Of a stretch of 64,000 nucleotides of DNA, positions 37,918-51,749 are shown one piece after another. Below the pieces are notes generated by a model that saw nothing but the letters and a program-made list of their open reading frames with translations, was not told where the DNA came from and did no database searches. Origin of the DNA: Negaprion brevirostris (taxonomy: Eukaryota); NCBI GenBank assembly GCA_030324005.1, contig JARDVH010000099.1, positions 41,515,289 through 41,579,288 of the forward strand, read 5' to 3'. The translations under genes were made by a program, and so were the position numbers. How positions within the stretch are numbered: position 1 is the first letter of the stretch; each line of letters opens with the position of its first letter.

Positions 37918-39508
37918 CTGTTTTGAACAAAAAGACATGCACTATTCGTATTTGTTGTTGTTGCAAACTTAAACTAACAGCAGCAAAGTTCCAGGTTTGA
38001 CTTACCAATTTTCAGTTGTGGTAGCCCCAAGCTAAGGAAGATAATAGTCTGTGTGTATGTTTTGACAAGAAAGAGAGAGCAAGGATGCTCTGACAATCAA
38101 CTAGCATGCTGATAGACACTTTCTACACAAAGAATGATGTAAAATGCACAAAATACTAAAGGACAACTACTATTCACGGAACTCCATCAATATCTTCCGG
38201 AGGTGAGGACTGAATGGAAAATAGATTGCTACCACATCTGTGTGTACTTGGTAGCGTATGCTTGGTTATTTGGAAAATACGAACATCTATAAGAAATGTT
38301 TTCATTTTTGCATTCATTTAAAATTCTTGGTTAAACAGAAATGTAGAATCATACATTAAATGCTAACTTCTAATCATTTTTCTTAAATACTGCTTTTCTC
38401 CATGTTATCAATAATTGGTAAGCTTGACCACATATCTTCTTCATTACAAAGAACCCTATGAACTAAAAAGGTTCAATATTCAGTCATCAAGCTGAAATTA
38501 ATTTATTGATCTTAGCAAGTGTAGAAGTTTATACAATTTGCCTTAATGTCTCAGGGTTATGGAAGTATCAGGGTGCATGAGTCACTATCCCATCATCCCT
38601 GCTAGTGCATGTGGTTGGATATTGGATAAAATGATTAGCTGCCCCTTTTAGTTTGACTACCAGTTGACTGCCAGTCATTGTTGCAGCTCTCTCAAGGGTG
38701 GTGGCTATTCGTGTGGCGTACTGTAGGACATTAAGCATCAATGGAACTACATCCAGGTAAGGAAAGGCTGTGCCTCTTGTAAAGGAGGAATGATTACAAT
38801 TTAGAAATCTTCAACTGCTTTCTACTGTTGCACAAAGTATTGCCTTAACTTCCTAGGCCACTCCAAAGTCACCGGTGAAGATGATAAAGTGAAGCGTATT
38901 GAGACTACAGGTAAATGTGTCTGACCAAACAGCAGTTAGATTGCTCTGTGTGAACCATATACATAAAAGGTACAGATGCAGTGAGTTCCTAGTATATTTA
39001 AAAAAAGAAATCCATAGATTTATGAGAATCTATTTGAATGGAACTTGATGAAAATATTTTAAACGACCATGTTTGCAGATCTATGTGAACAAACGCAGCC
39101 ATTTCTCAGCTTAACAATTTCCAAGAGGGATCTGATTTTGCTGCATTTAATTTGGAATGATTACCCATTGTTTATTGAGAAAACAAAGATCAATGTCATT
39201 AGAAATTTGCAAAGTTCACTTAGCCACTTCTTAATGTCATTTCTGCACTATTTCATCTATGTTTGAATGACTTTTCAGTTCAATATCAAATACGTTAACC
39301 TATTATCACCTTCAGGTATTGACCGACTCACTGCAAATTTCCTATTTTTATTTCAGATTTTCAGTATTCCTGTTTACATTTTCCTCTCTGCTACATGTCA
39401 TCTTTATTTACTAAAGGCTCATGCATCTTAAAAATACAGTAAGTTTAATCGATTTGGATCTCACATGACATATCTAGCACAAAAAAACATGGAATAATAA
39501 AGCACTTA

Positions 39509-39721
<213 letters not shown>

Positions 39722-40209
39722 TTATCTTGTAATACATCAACTTTTACTGACTCAAATTTGCAATGATGAGACACTGCAAACTCATTGGGTGGAATCTCTG
39801 ATCTTGTCCACACCTGCCTCACTGCCAACGAGAATGGAGAATTTGGCACTCTGCCAAAACTTCTATTTGCTGCAGCTGCACCAAAAAATCTGAGCCAAGG
39901 TGGGCAGTTTTGGTGTTAATGTTGAATTTAAAATGTTTACATTTCTCTCAAGGACCCAGGACTGATACAGTTTCATGAGTACAATGAGCCTTCCACTAGT
40001 TTCCTCAAGTAGTCAATTATTCATGTGAATAGGCTGCTGACATTAACTATCACACAACAGTCAAACCTGATTCTGCCTTTATGCAACATCCCCACAAATG
40101 CTTTTCTGTATAGGTCACAGGATTCCTGGCTGGCTGACTGTCCCCTTTTTAGTTTAAACTGCAGGATCCAAATTTTAAACCTGACAGACATCAACTGGCT
40201 CAGAACATA

Positions 40210-41362
40210 TTGAGAATTGATGTAAGTACTTCGATGTTGGATATTTTAATTTTCAAAAGGCATTTAATAAGATGCCACACAAAATGCACTGTGCAAGATC
40301 GGAGTTCATGATGTTGGAGGTAATATTCTGCCATGGATAGAGAGTTGGCTAACTAACAGGGAGCAGAGAATAGCGATAAGGGGGTCTTTCTCAGGTTGGA
40401 GGACATGAGGATCAGTGCTAGGACCGCACCTCTTCATAGTATAAACTAATGATTTGGAGAATGGAACAGATGCACTGAGGCCAAATTGCAAATGATGCAA
40501 AGGTGTGAAGAGACAGGTTGTAAGAGGGATATAAATGGTTTACAGAGATAGTGACAGATTAGATGAGTGGCAGAAGATTGGCAAATGGAATTCAATGTGC
40601 AAACATGTGAGATTTTTAATTTCAGAAGAAAGATGAGAAGGCAGATTATTATTTAAACGGAGAAAGACTGCAGAATATTGTAGCACAAAGGGCATTGTGG
40701 GTCCTTGTTCATGAAACCCAGAAAGCGAGCGTATAGGTGCAGAAGATAAAAGGAAGGCAAATGGAATCCTGGCTTTTATTTCAAGGGGGCTAGAGTATAA
40801 AAGAAGAGAGGTGTTGCTGCAATTGTACAAGGCACTAGCGAGGCCTCATTTAGAATACTGTGTACAGTTTTGGTTCCCTTGTTTAAGGAAAGATATGTTA
40901 TCATTGGAGGCAGTACACAGGTTTGCTAGGATGACCCCAGGTATGCAGGGACTGACATACGAGGAAAAACTAAACAGGCCGGGCCTGCGTTCCTTGTAGT
41001 TGGGGAAAAATGAAAGGTGTTATGATCGAAACATAACATTCTTAGGGGGTTAGACAGGGTAAATGTTAAAAGGATGTTTCCACTCATGGGAGTGTGTCGG
41101 ATCAGAGGCAGAATCACAGAATAAGGAAGTGTTCCTTTAAGACTGATTTGAGGAATAATTTCTTCTCTGGCAAATTTGGAATTTTTTTACCCCAGGAAGC
41201 TGTGGTGGCTGAGTCCTTGAACATTTTCAAGCCTGAGATACATTTTTAATCAGTACAGGAATTAAGGGTTTTGGAGAGAAGGCAGAAAAATGGACTTAGT
41301 GAGTGTTAGATCAACTAAGATCTAATTAGACGGCAAGTAGGCTCGAGGGGCTGAATGGCTTA
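40210..41362 (+). mobile_element. CR1 LINE 3' ~1.1 kb (intronic, antisense to SPTBN1)
   Basis: LLQLYKALARPHLEYCVQFWFPCLRKD (ORF 40811), RT remnants and the CR1 tail. Confidence 0.88.
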
Positions 41363-41365
41363 TTT

Positions 41366-41643
41366 TATTTTAAAGTTTATTTATTTGTATCATAAGTATC
41401 ACTGCAATGAAGTTACTGTGAAATTCCCTAGTCACCACTCTCCAGCACCTTTTCAGCTATACAGGGAGAATTTGGCATGGCCAACACACCTAACCAACAC
41501 GTCTTCTGGACTGTGGGACGGAACCCACACAGACACAGGGAGGACATACAAACTCCGCACAGACAGTAACCCAAGCCAGGAGCTGAACCTGGGTCCCTGG
41601 CACTGTGAGGCAGCACTGCTAGCCGCTGTGCTGCCATGTGCCC
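41366..41643 (-). mobile_element. HE1-type SINE, alternative-tail variant
   Basis: Head gggcacatggcagcacagcggctagcagtgctgcctcacag. The tail is shared with the 24038 and 28366 copies. Confidence 0.85.
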
Positions 41644-42149
41644 ACTGTTGTTTCTGTTTCTCGTGGTCTGACTTCATGAGCACAACAATTAGAACATATT
41701 CAATAGAAGCCCTTTATATGTATATTAGATTACTATACCATTACTTAATTTGTCTGTTGTGTAAGCTGTAGAACAGTATGTTTGAGCAACAGTGCTTGAC
41801 AACATCACAAAGCTCCTGATCATATGCTGACAACTACAGAACAATATTGCCTTAAGCTGAATTATTACGATCTGCAAGTCCCCACGCATGCTACACATAA
41901 GCCATCCTCTAAGTTACAAAATAATTTAAAGGCCTGTGCATTATATAAACTGATGAGAGAGTACATTTCTACAGAGATATAAACAGAGGCAAGAAAAAAA
42001 TCAATGCCAAGGACAGAAGATTGGTGGGTGGAACTGAGAAAGCCTAGCAGCAAATTCCCCAGCCTCGTGGCTACTTCAGGTGCAGGTCAGGGGAAGAAGA
42101 ATTTCTACATCCTAAACAAAAAAAAATTACATTAGAAAGCCCAAATTCA

Positions 42150-42434
<285 letters not shown>

Positions 42435-44886
42435 TCAACAGATAATAAACAAGTCACTTTTAAATGTAGTCCAAAATATGCTGAAACCAAATACACACGA
42501 GGACACTGTATTCTCCATGCACTGAAAATGTAATTATTTGTTTTGTAAGACCTGGTGAGTATTCAATGGATTTGAGTCACAGTACAGCACAACATTCATT
42601 ATTGAAGAATTTCTGTAACTGAGGACCACTCCCTAAAGATTATATGGGCAAATACAGTGTTGCATTGAATCATGTGAATAACTAGCATCCTAACTTAGAT
42701 TATTATAGTGAGAATAGTACTGAAGAGACAACAGGACTTCTTTAACAAGTAGGGGAAAAATTAACCAGGATTTGAACACCATATCTGTGTTTGAATTGCG
42801 TGCATGTGGGCATTGGATGAGAAGAGGAGCAAACACAATGGTCAACTTAGTTAAAATACCTTGTGCCAACAGTTTTTTTTTACGTTTATATACGAGGCAA
42901 CTTTAGTGAGCTGTCAGGCATATGTATTTCAACATGATTTGTTGCCTTAGGAATTTTTCAAATCTCATGTGAGTAGGAGAATGCACTAAGTTCCTGGTAT
43001 GACTAATTTAAGTGAAAAAAGGTGTTCCTTGTGAAAAATTTTATTTCTAAAATTAGAGGAATTGCTCTGTGAACTACCAAGAAACTCATGTAACCACTGA
43101 GGTGGATATGACTGACATATAGAAGCAGTTTCTAACTATGAAACAGATTTAAAGCATACTTGCACAATATTCTTTTTCACCTTATGAGACTAAGCACACA
43201 GCAACTTTAACAGTTTACCTTGTCCAGGTCACTGTTATGTATATGGAATGAGTATAAATAAAGCCTCTAATGATATTTGATTTTCTTTTTCTAAAGTTGA
43301 AGCATTATTCTTCCTCTTTTTCTATTTTTCTGAAATGGACTAAAATTAACCCTTTACCACTTTACTTGTTCCTTGTACATCTTAAGGCAATCCAGAGGTG
43401 ACATTGCTGAGAGAATGCAGCTCTACACTGGCATTCAAATAATTAACAAACCACTCCAGTAGAATCAAGAATAAAAACTGCTATAACTGTACTTTTAAAG
43501 TGGACAGGAAAACTTATGATGTAAAGATTTACATCTATTTTCAATATCAGCAAATAAATGTATTACTCCCAAATAACTTGAGGCATTCATTTATCAAAAA
43601 CTAATTCCAGATAAGTCTTCATACAAATACTCATGGGAAGGTAGGGAAAATCTTGACAGTGGACTGAGGACAATATAAAGATAAATGGTGAAAAACTTTA
43701 AAAACCTTGTACTATCCTCCCATTCTAATAACTTCCCCTTTGATGTAGATTGAGTTATCCTTTAACTGAGACTTTGCTTATACTCATTCACTCTTTTCAG
43801 TTAAGATATTGTTTAGGCATGCAGAATTTTCAATCTTTATAGATCAATCATGCAGACCAACACCACCACCTAGGTTTAGTTGCTTTGTAGTTTGATCATA
43901 AACAGGAAGGAGCACAGTTCTCAATGCAAACAGCATTTCAAGCAGAGTAATTATCAATTTTTAAAAGCTATTATAGATTTGAAATTCAAACAGACAGACC
44001 CAAGGTCTTGTCCATCACTTGCTTTGTTGTTCATGTTGCTTGCTGCAGTGTGATCCTGACAACCTAGAGAGCAGCCAAGCTTCCAGCAGCTCTGCAGTTT
44101 CTATCTGGACAGGGTATCTTCAGAAATCCAGTCATCCAAATTATTTTGAATTGTAATTCCACTAGATTTAGCCACAGAAATTCAGATCACTCTTGGTTCT
44201 TGTGCTATCAATACTTTTCTCTCGCTTTTCTGAATCATATTTGCAAGGTGGATGCAGCAGTTGGTGAGTCACACTGTGACCAGCATGTAATTAGCAAATT
44301 TACTACAACTAAGTACTTACACTTGCTTAATTAAAAATGGATCAAACACGTGCAAAGATATTTGCATACTCATGCCAGTACAACAGATTAGGACAACATT
44401 TTGATTGCTTTATAATTCAGAAATATTTGCTGTATCTGAATTTTCAATTCGAGTGGACTTCAGCAAACCTTATTAATCTGATTGGCATCTCCTTTACTTT
44501 CTAACTTTTTCCATTTAGCTCACAATCAATAGCTATGATCGAAAATGTATTCACAGCTTTTTAGACAATCAAATATGACTTTCCAACTTCAAACATGCAA
44601 CTCATTTTTACAAAAGGGAAAGCAAAAATTAGCTGCCTTGTTCCATTAGTATTTCATTCAAAAGTCTTCATGTTTTACATCTATTATCTGTTAACACAAA
44701 ATTTAAATAGAAACTAGAAACAGCCATTCTCTAAACGTTCACATGAAAAATATGCTGTAATACCTCATTAAAATACACTTTACACAATACCAATCATACC
44801 AAAAGTTGATGCTAATACAATAAACAATTGCTAAATTCAGTGATTAATAACGCAATCACTTTTTTAAAATCACATTTTCTTACAAT

Positions 44887-44987
44887 CAATTTTCCTTTGT
44901 CAATCCCTTTAACTTGATTTTTCAGTGATTAATAACTCATTAATCACTGAAAAATCAAGTTAAGGGACTGACATACAAAGGAAATTG
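44887..44987. repeat. Long inverted repeat (hairpin)
   Basis: 44909-44933 ttaacttgatttttcagtgattaat is the exact reverse complement of 44939-44963, with a 5-nt loop. The stem extends imperfectly ~20 bp further. Confidence 0.92.
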
Positions 44988-46738
44988 GTCATCACAAAAT
45001 AATTCATCTGTTCTGTCATGTTAATTTGGGTTAGAGATTTTCTATCGAAGTAATTTCTGTTTACACTGCGATTATCTTAAATTGTCTTCCCTGGCACATA
45101 TCTGATACATTCTAGCAGTCTCATTTGGTGACATCTTACACTCAGTTCATCTCTCTTAATGCTATTCTATAAAATTTGGTATAATAAAAGGCTGTCAACA
45201 CGCATGAACTTTGCATGGTCAAAACCGACATTTCTGGGAAGAACTAGATATACAGAACGTTTTAGTTCAACACATAGGAGCCCTCTACTGCAAGAAAATG
45301 GTAGTTAAAATGTGAGACATTACAAAGTAGCTGATGAAATGATAGGACTAACAAATTGAAACAGTGAATTCAATGAGAGAGAACACAAAAAATTAAGTTC
45401 AACAACATCAACTGTTGATAAAATCTTGAACTTTGACCTGTTTATCTACACTTTCTAATGTTTTGAGTTTCTAAAAATTTAGAGCACTGAAAGAAAGGAA
45501 TTTAAGGTTTCAAAACAATGTTCATTTGAACTATTGTGATCTCTGATCTTTTAGGCTTAAATTTAACCAGTAATGCTTAAAATGTACAGTTCTGAGCGAG
45601 AGAAAAATATCTACAAAATTAAAATTATGACAGTGTTCTTTTGAAAACACAAACACAAAGTTAAGAAAACATGAAATATAAGGTGAACTTTAATAATTAA
45701 GGCTTAAGACATGCTAAANNNNNNNNNNNNNNNNNNNNNNNNNNNNNNNNNNNNNNNNNNNNNNNNNNNNNNNNNNNNNNNNNNNNNNNNNNNNNNNNNN
45801 NNNNNNNNNNNNNNNNNNATGTTAGTAGCAATGCTTCACTGCTCACTTAAGTGATGGCCAACATTGTAACAATCGAATCAAAATGAACAAACATGCAGCA
45901 AGAACAATCTGACTAAAGGTGAAAACAAAATGCATCAACAACCTTCATGTGCACAGAACAATTAAGCTATTTCAACGACAGATTACATTTGACAAAATTA
46001 TTTGAAAAAAATTGAAGGACAGAAAGTCTAAATTGAGCTAAATTAAACATTAAAGGGGAATGTATTGCAAATCATGCAAACATGTGATCCAGCAAGCTAC
46101 CCAAGATCAAACCAGACTTACTAACCACTTTAAGTGTTCGAGAACTGGCTGATTTTTTATATATAAAAATTTGGAATAAGTTAAAAGCGCTCCTCTTGAA
46201 GTTCATTATTTAGGAACTCAGTTAATTTAAAATGACATATTTTGTGTCTTACAGACAAAATTCAAGATGCTGTTACAGATAAACTTAGGTTTGTTACCAG
46301 AATTTTTAGGGCTCAACATAACTCATTAAATGAAATGATCAACACATGAGATGTTTGTCATCATATAGCGCTTTGTGAACCATTCACCAAAGCAGAGTTC
46401 CTGTATTGGTATGCATAGTCCATCACCATCAGTGCAGAAAAAAATAGAACATTAACACTGCAACAATAATCAGTGCCAAGTACAGACTGGAAGGTGGTAT
46501 AAGAAATGCAGAAGAGTAAAGAATGCTTAGTATTGAATCAGTTTATAGGAAAGTGCTAAAAAAAATTTGTAATTTTGTTACACTGGAGAATGAAAATAAC
46601 AATAAATATTTTATCTACAAAAGCACTGCATGTATCAATGTCGTAAATGTACACAGAATTTAAGTTTTAACATTTGATATTTAACAGCAAAGGTTTTCAC
46701 CTAGTTCTGTCACTAGTATTTGGTTAGGAAAAGATGCA

Positions 46739-46948
46739 TTAATAGCTCGGGGTTCTGTTTAGTGATGTCCATGGGCTCTCTGTGAATTTTGTTATTTGTA
46801 AGTTAAGGTCTTGACGACCACAGCTTGAATTAGTAGCTTCTAAATATGCTAGGAATTTGTTAATAAATCCTTCTCTCCTTATCTGCTGACAAGATTTCAA
46901 AGTTTTCAGTATCGTGGTTTTGGAATAAACTGCTTGAGATATATATTC
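46739..46948 (-). CDS. Candidate alternative terminal exon of SPTBN1 (69 aa, no recognised homology)
   Basis: A strong acceptor tttctttccttactgcag|GAA is followed by 69 open codons in phase 0, matching the phase-0 donor at 50587. There is no transcript evidence. Confidence 0.35.
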   Translation of the reverse strand, partial: EYISQAVYSKTTILKTLKSCQQIRREGFINKFLAYLEATNSSCGRQDLNLQITKFTESPWTSLNRTPSY

Positions 46949-47859
46949 CTGCAGTAAGGAAAGAAATTGGTGCATTTAGAACAAAGTATACCACTTTTCA
47001 CTGCCATTAAATCCCCTGATATAGAATAGATATCCTTCCTTTTCCTATGTTGAATATGATTTTTTTTAGAAATGAAAATTCATTAACATTTTAAATTTTC
47101 AAATAAAAGCTAAGTTAAAAATTACAATTACAGCCCAAGAGCCCTTTGACTCTTTGGAATACCTAAAAAAATTACCAGATTCCTTTCAGAAATAATTTAT
47201 GAAAAAGTAGCATATGCTGAGCCTTTTTTCCTGATAGCAGCAAGTCAGAAATCACATGTATTCTTTTGATATTTACTACCTCAAGTCTCTTGGGGATGAT
47301 AAAATAATCTGCTAGAATTTGGAGTAATATTAATTTATTTGGAGTAATGTTAATCCTGACTCTGAACAGTGCACACCAGTTCAGTAAATGAGAACTGTCA
47401 CCATCACATCTAAGACAGCTACTGAACTATTAGAAAGGATCATTCCTCAACTTGGGGATAATAAAAATTCAATATTCATTTCAGAAACTCCAGTTCAGGA
47501 ATTGAAGTTTACAAATACCAATGTGTTTTTTTTTCTTGTGAATAGATATAGAAATGTGCTTGGAGTAATTTATCCATCTAACATCTCCTTGCAGGTAACA
47601 TTCAATCTCTGTTTAAAATTAATCTCTCTAATCCAACATATAATGCTATAACGAACGAAGTAATTTTCGAAAAAAGAAATCACTGCTAAGTGAAATTCAT
47701 TAACATATTTCATAAAAATTATGTTTAAATTGACACCTAGTACAATTCATTGGTATTCGTGTCAGGTTTGCTTTTTTTCCTTTATGGATTTTATTTGGAA
47801 TGGGCATTAGGGAAGCTTCATGACCACAGGAACACTCAAAGGCTAACACTCATTGTAAG

Positions 47860-48410
47860 ATTTGAGTACAGGAGTAAAGAAATCTCCTAGAATTGTACAG
47901 AGCCTTGCTGAGACTGGCCTTAGCAATAAAGCCTTGGCAATATTGGAGTATTTTGTAAGTTTTGGATTTACTTATGCAAGTAAGGATGCACTTACTATAG
48001 AGGGAGTACCACGAAGGTTCACTGGACTGATTTCTGAGACGGTGGGATTGTCCTAGGAGGTGACATTGAGGAGACTGGGCCTATATTCTCTAGAATTTAG
48101 AAGCATGAGAGGTGATCTCATTGAAGCAAAGTTCTTACACGGCTTGACAGGAAGATTCAGGAAGGATTTTTTCCTCCTGGCTGGTGTGGACTAGAACCAG
48201 GGAACAGCGTGTCAGTATAAGAGGTAGTTCTTTTAGAGTCTGTATGTGAATATTCAAAACAAAATTAGGATAGATTTCTGTACATTAAATACATCAAGAA
48301 TATGGGGATAGCATGAGAAAATGACATTGAGGTAGAAGATCAGTGTTATAGTTGAATGATAGAGCAACCTCGAGAGGCCAAATGGCCAATTCCTATTTCC
48401 TATCTTTATG
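47860..48410 (+). mobile_element. CR1 LINE 3' fragment
   Basis: KDALTIEGVPRRFTGLI (ORF 47862), tagaatttagaagcatgagaggtgatctcattgaa and a CR1 tail. Confidence 0.8.
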
Positions 48411-50499
48411 GTGTACAGTAGATTAACAACTATGAACCATATTTGGGAGTTGCATTTACTTTTTGTAAAATCTTGGCTCTCTTCACTAACTCAATAATGT
48501 AAGCTTGGTATTAAAACATCTCAAATAGATATTTTTTTCATGGTTCAGATGGTAAAAGAAAAAACAGATCAGGAGACCCAGACAATTCTGTGGAAAGTGA
48601 CACAGCCAATTGCCACCAGAGATAACTACCTCAACCTTTCTATGGATAAGGTTTTATCACCTGTACCAAAATGTATAACATAGTAATGGCATTACCAGCA
48701 GTTGTAAAAATCATTACAGTTCTCAACTGATATATCCATGGCTTATTCTGGGACAGTTTTACAGTATAAAGTAGTGTCTGGATTAAAAATATAATCGATC
48801 CTTCAGTCAGTAAGACCAGGTTTTTTTGTTTTAATTTCCTTTCCCACTGAATACAATGATATGCATACACAATACATTTGATAAAGTGCAAGAGTTTATT
48901 GATAATTACCACATGTCTAACCTGAAGACCATATAAAATGGCAGTATGGCTAGACTTTCAGTTGTATATGCCATCTTGGCTATCTGTTCTGCTGCAACAT
49001 GTAAAAGATGCTAATGATAGAACAATAACATTTTGTGAGGTTTTGATAGGCCAGCAGTAAATGTGGAATGGACACAAACTGTGGTAGAGTGTAATTTAAC
49101 CTGGCTCACGGTAATGTTCATTACAAATATTGCATGGTGAGACTAAGATGTGCTGTCCTTTCATGCATTGGTTTTCAGATTGTTCAGGCACTGTGGATTG
49201 TGTTTACTTTAGCTATCACCTCCTGACTAGTATGGCACACTGCCATCCTCTGATGAGGATGAGCTGCAGTGCAAAACAGAATACTTCTTGCAGCAGAACA
49301 TCCACTTCGCAGCCAATCAATTCTGGATGTCAGGGCTGTGCCACTCTTCTATTTTGTCAGATGCTGTTTTGTGCCTCTATAATTATATGGCTTGACCACT
49401 TAACCTCACCAATCATTTCCCCCTCAGCCCACAATAACTACATGTGCAAAGACTGAAAACTGTGATGATAATTTCAAAACCTTAACTAGACCTCAACATT
49501 TTAATTAAATTGTGTTTGCTTTGCTTTATTTTTACCGGACAGTTATTTAAGGGCTATTTGCTCTGATGTAATTTCACTCACCACATACCCTAATCCCACT
49601 GCTGCTCCCACAAATTACTTCATTTGGTGCCATGTGCAAAGGCATCAGTTTTGCAAGGAACACCTGTAAAGTTATAAAACTGGCTGACATTGTTAAATCT
49701 GATAGAGTTAGCTACCCACTCTGTGTTAGTGCAAGTGTGCTCACATTTCCTCAGAAACTCAGAATTGACCTTTACAAGCCTTAATTAGGAGCTATGTTTT
49801 TGCTGTGATAGGTGAATAATGTCCCAGGTTCCCAAACAATTTTTTCAAGTTCGCGCTATCTTGACTTAGTACCTTTCTATAACTCTAATTAATACCAGAA
49901 ATTCAATTACATAACATAAAACATGGAACAAAAACTTATTCCTTCCATAGGGCAGGTGCAGTTTGCCTGTTTTGGACTACATCCTAGTTATTTAATCTTC
50001 TCAATGAAAGTTATGGCAAAATCCTCCCTTAATTGCCCATTGTAACAAAGCATCAGAATATTTGTCCTTTCCCACATCTCTACTCCCATATCTCAAGTGT
50101 GAGTGACCCAATAAACAAAATTTTCACCAGTTCCAGTAGTACAAGAGCCATTGTGTCTCATGACTTATTTCTACTTATCCATATAATTGTAATATAAAAT
50201 CTACTTGCATCAGGGATGAATTATTTGGCTAATCTATCACATTGCATGTCTCCTTAAATCTTTAACTTCTGTATTTTGGTTTTTGTTGCTCTTATCATTC
50301 AAGATTGCCATTATTTATGTCAGAGAACTAAAAGCTGTATGATTGCTTGAAATCAATGGATACTTTTCAACTGGATTATTAATTAAATAAACTGTGATGT
50401 GGATAAACAAAGCACGTGAAAAAGCCAGCAGTTAAATGGGAATGAATGCATAGGTTAATCTAAGAAGGTACATATGTTTCATTTTGATTGATTTGGATT

Positions 50500-50586
50500 T
50501 CACAATCCAGCTCGGGCCCATTCATTGCCAGCTCGTCTGTTCTGAAAGTTTTTGTAGGTTTGGTAGTTTTGAGAGCGGTAACTAAC
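50500..50586 (-). CDS. SPTBN1: SPTBN1 short-isoform (Sigma2) C-terminus, made by read-through of the donor
   Basis: The in-frame continuation is VSYRSQNYQTYKNFQNRRAGNEWARAGL*. It is clearly homologous to the mammalian short tail (VSYRSQTYQNYKNFNSRRTASDQPWSGL, recalled). Confidence 0.9.
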   Translation of the reverse strand, partial: VSYRSQNYQTYKNFQNRRAGNEWARAGL

Positions 50587-50650
50587 CCGTGGGGACTCCT
50601 GGTCTGATGGTAATCCATTCTGAGAAATGTGTTCTTCTCTAGCTCCATCC
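50587..50650 (-). CDS. SPTBN1: SPTBN1 exon, 64 nt
   Basis: ttctttccag|G GAT GGA GCT... = DGAREEHISQNGLPSDQESPR|gttagt. Phases match. Confidence 0.93.
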
Positions 50651-51712
50651 CTGGAAAGAAAAAAATAATTCTCTCATGTGTTGCATATTATTGAACAGTC
50701 ATGGACAATCAATATTTTCTGACTGTGAACTGGATTTCTCTTCCCTTATTCTTTTATATTTAAATCAATTCCATGAAAATATGGCATAAGTATGAATTCC
50801 ATAGACTAGGACTGGATTTTTATGGTCCTGATAAGGACCAGAGTTAGAACCAAGAAAAATGATCTGAGAGCAGAGGTGCCTGGAGGTCCTGCCTCTTGTC
50901 TTCAGCCATTTTCACAACGGCAGGGGCGGGTGCTGGGCATTAGAACTTGTCTGTTCCCATGAAGGATGAAACTGACAGTGCTGTGGACTCTAAGAGCTTG
51001 GCCTGGAAATTTTTCTTTAATTTTCATGGAGATAGCTGGATTTTAGCAGCTTTAAGTTACACCAGTTGCATTAAAGCGAGAACCATGGATTGGAGGTAGA
51101 ACAAGCTTAAAGGCAATTAGAATGGTTTAACTCTTTTACAATTGTTTATTAAATGATGTAGTATATATTGTATCAATGTTCAGAAGTGTTAGGAGAGTTC
51201 TTTGACTGGAAGACAATTAAACAATGACCTTCTTGTCCTGCCGGTTGATGAGTGGGGCGATCTGGTGAGATTGCAAGATCAGTGAAAAATTGGGTTCGCA
51301 CCCATTTTTCACCTATTGTGATCTTATCAGGCTTAGATATCTGGTGCAAGGCTGATTATAATATTTAAATCTATTTTAAATGAGATTTAAATATTATTTA
51401 GCAAGCCTGGGGTGCTATTGTCCAGACTCACTTGCCTTCGTGGCCCCACCAATGAAGGTTCTTACTGGTGAGAATCACAAATAGTCCCCATCAATGAGGG
51501 CCTGTTGTGATGACCTCGCCGGTAGAACCAAAAGGTCTTTTAGGCCCCGCGGGAGGTGGAGTACAGGGGATATGCCCCTGGCAGTGCCATGTTGGCATCC
51601 TGACTGTTCCCACCAGGGACCAGGCATTGCCAAGGTGGTGGAATCTGAGGGGAGGCAGGCGAGGGGAATGCTGCGCACACTGCAACCAGCGATTAACCAG
51701 AGGGTTCACACC

Positions 51713-51718
<6 letters not shown>

Positions 51719-51742
<24 letters not shown>
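51719..51742. repeat. (TG)n microsatellite
   Basis: About 12 TG units, directly visible. Confidence 0.95.

Positions 51743-51749
<7 letters not shown>

Noticed and set aside
43218-43232. Possible microexon aacag|TGACCTGGACAAG|gtaaac
   Set aside because: It is 13 nt, frame-breaking, starts with TGA and has no pyrimidine tract, so it is likely a chance match.
50460-50648. ORF-track peptide MELEKNTFLRMDY...
   Set aside because: It is the wrong frame of the real SPTBN1 exon and Sigma2 tail.
51356-51393. 14-bp AT-rich inverted repeat (taatatttaaatct / agatttaaatatta)
   Set aside because: Low complexity, and it lies inside what looks like a degenerate non-autonomous DNA element similar to ~30250-30800.
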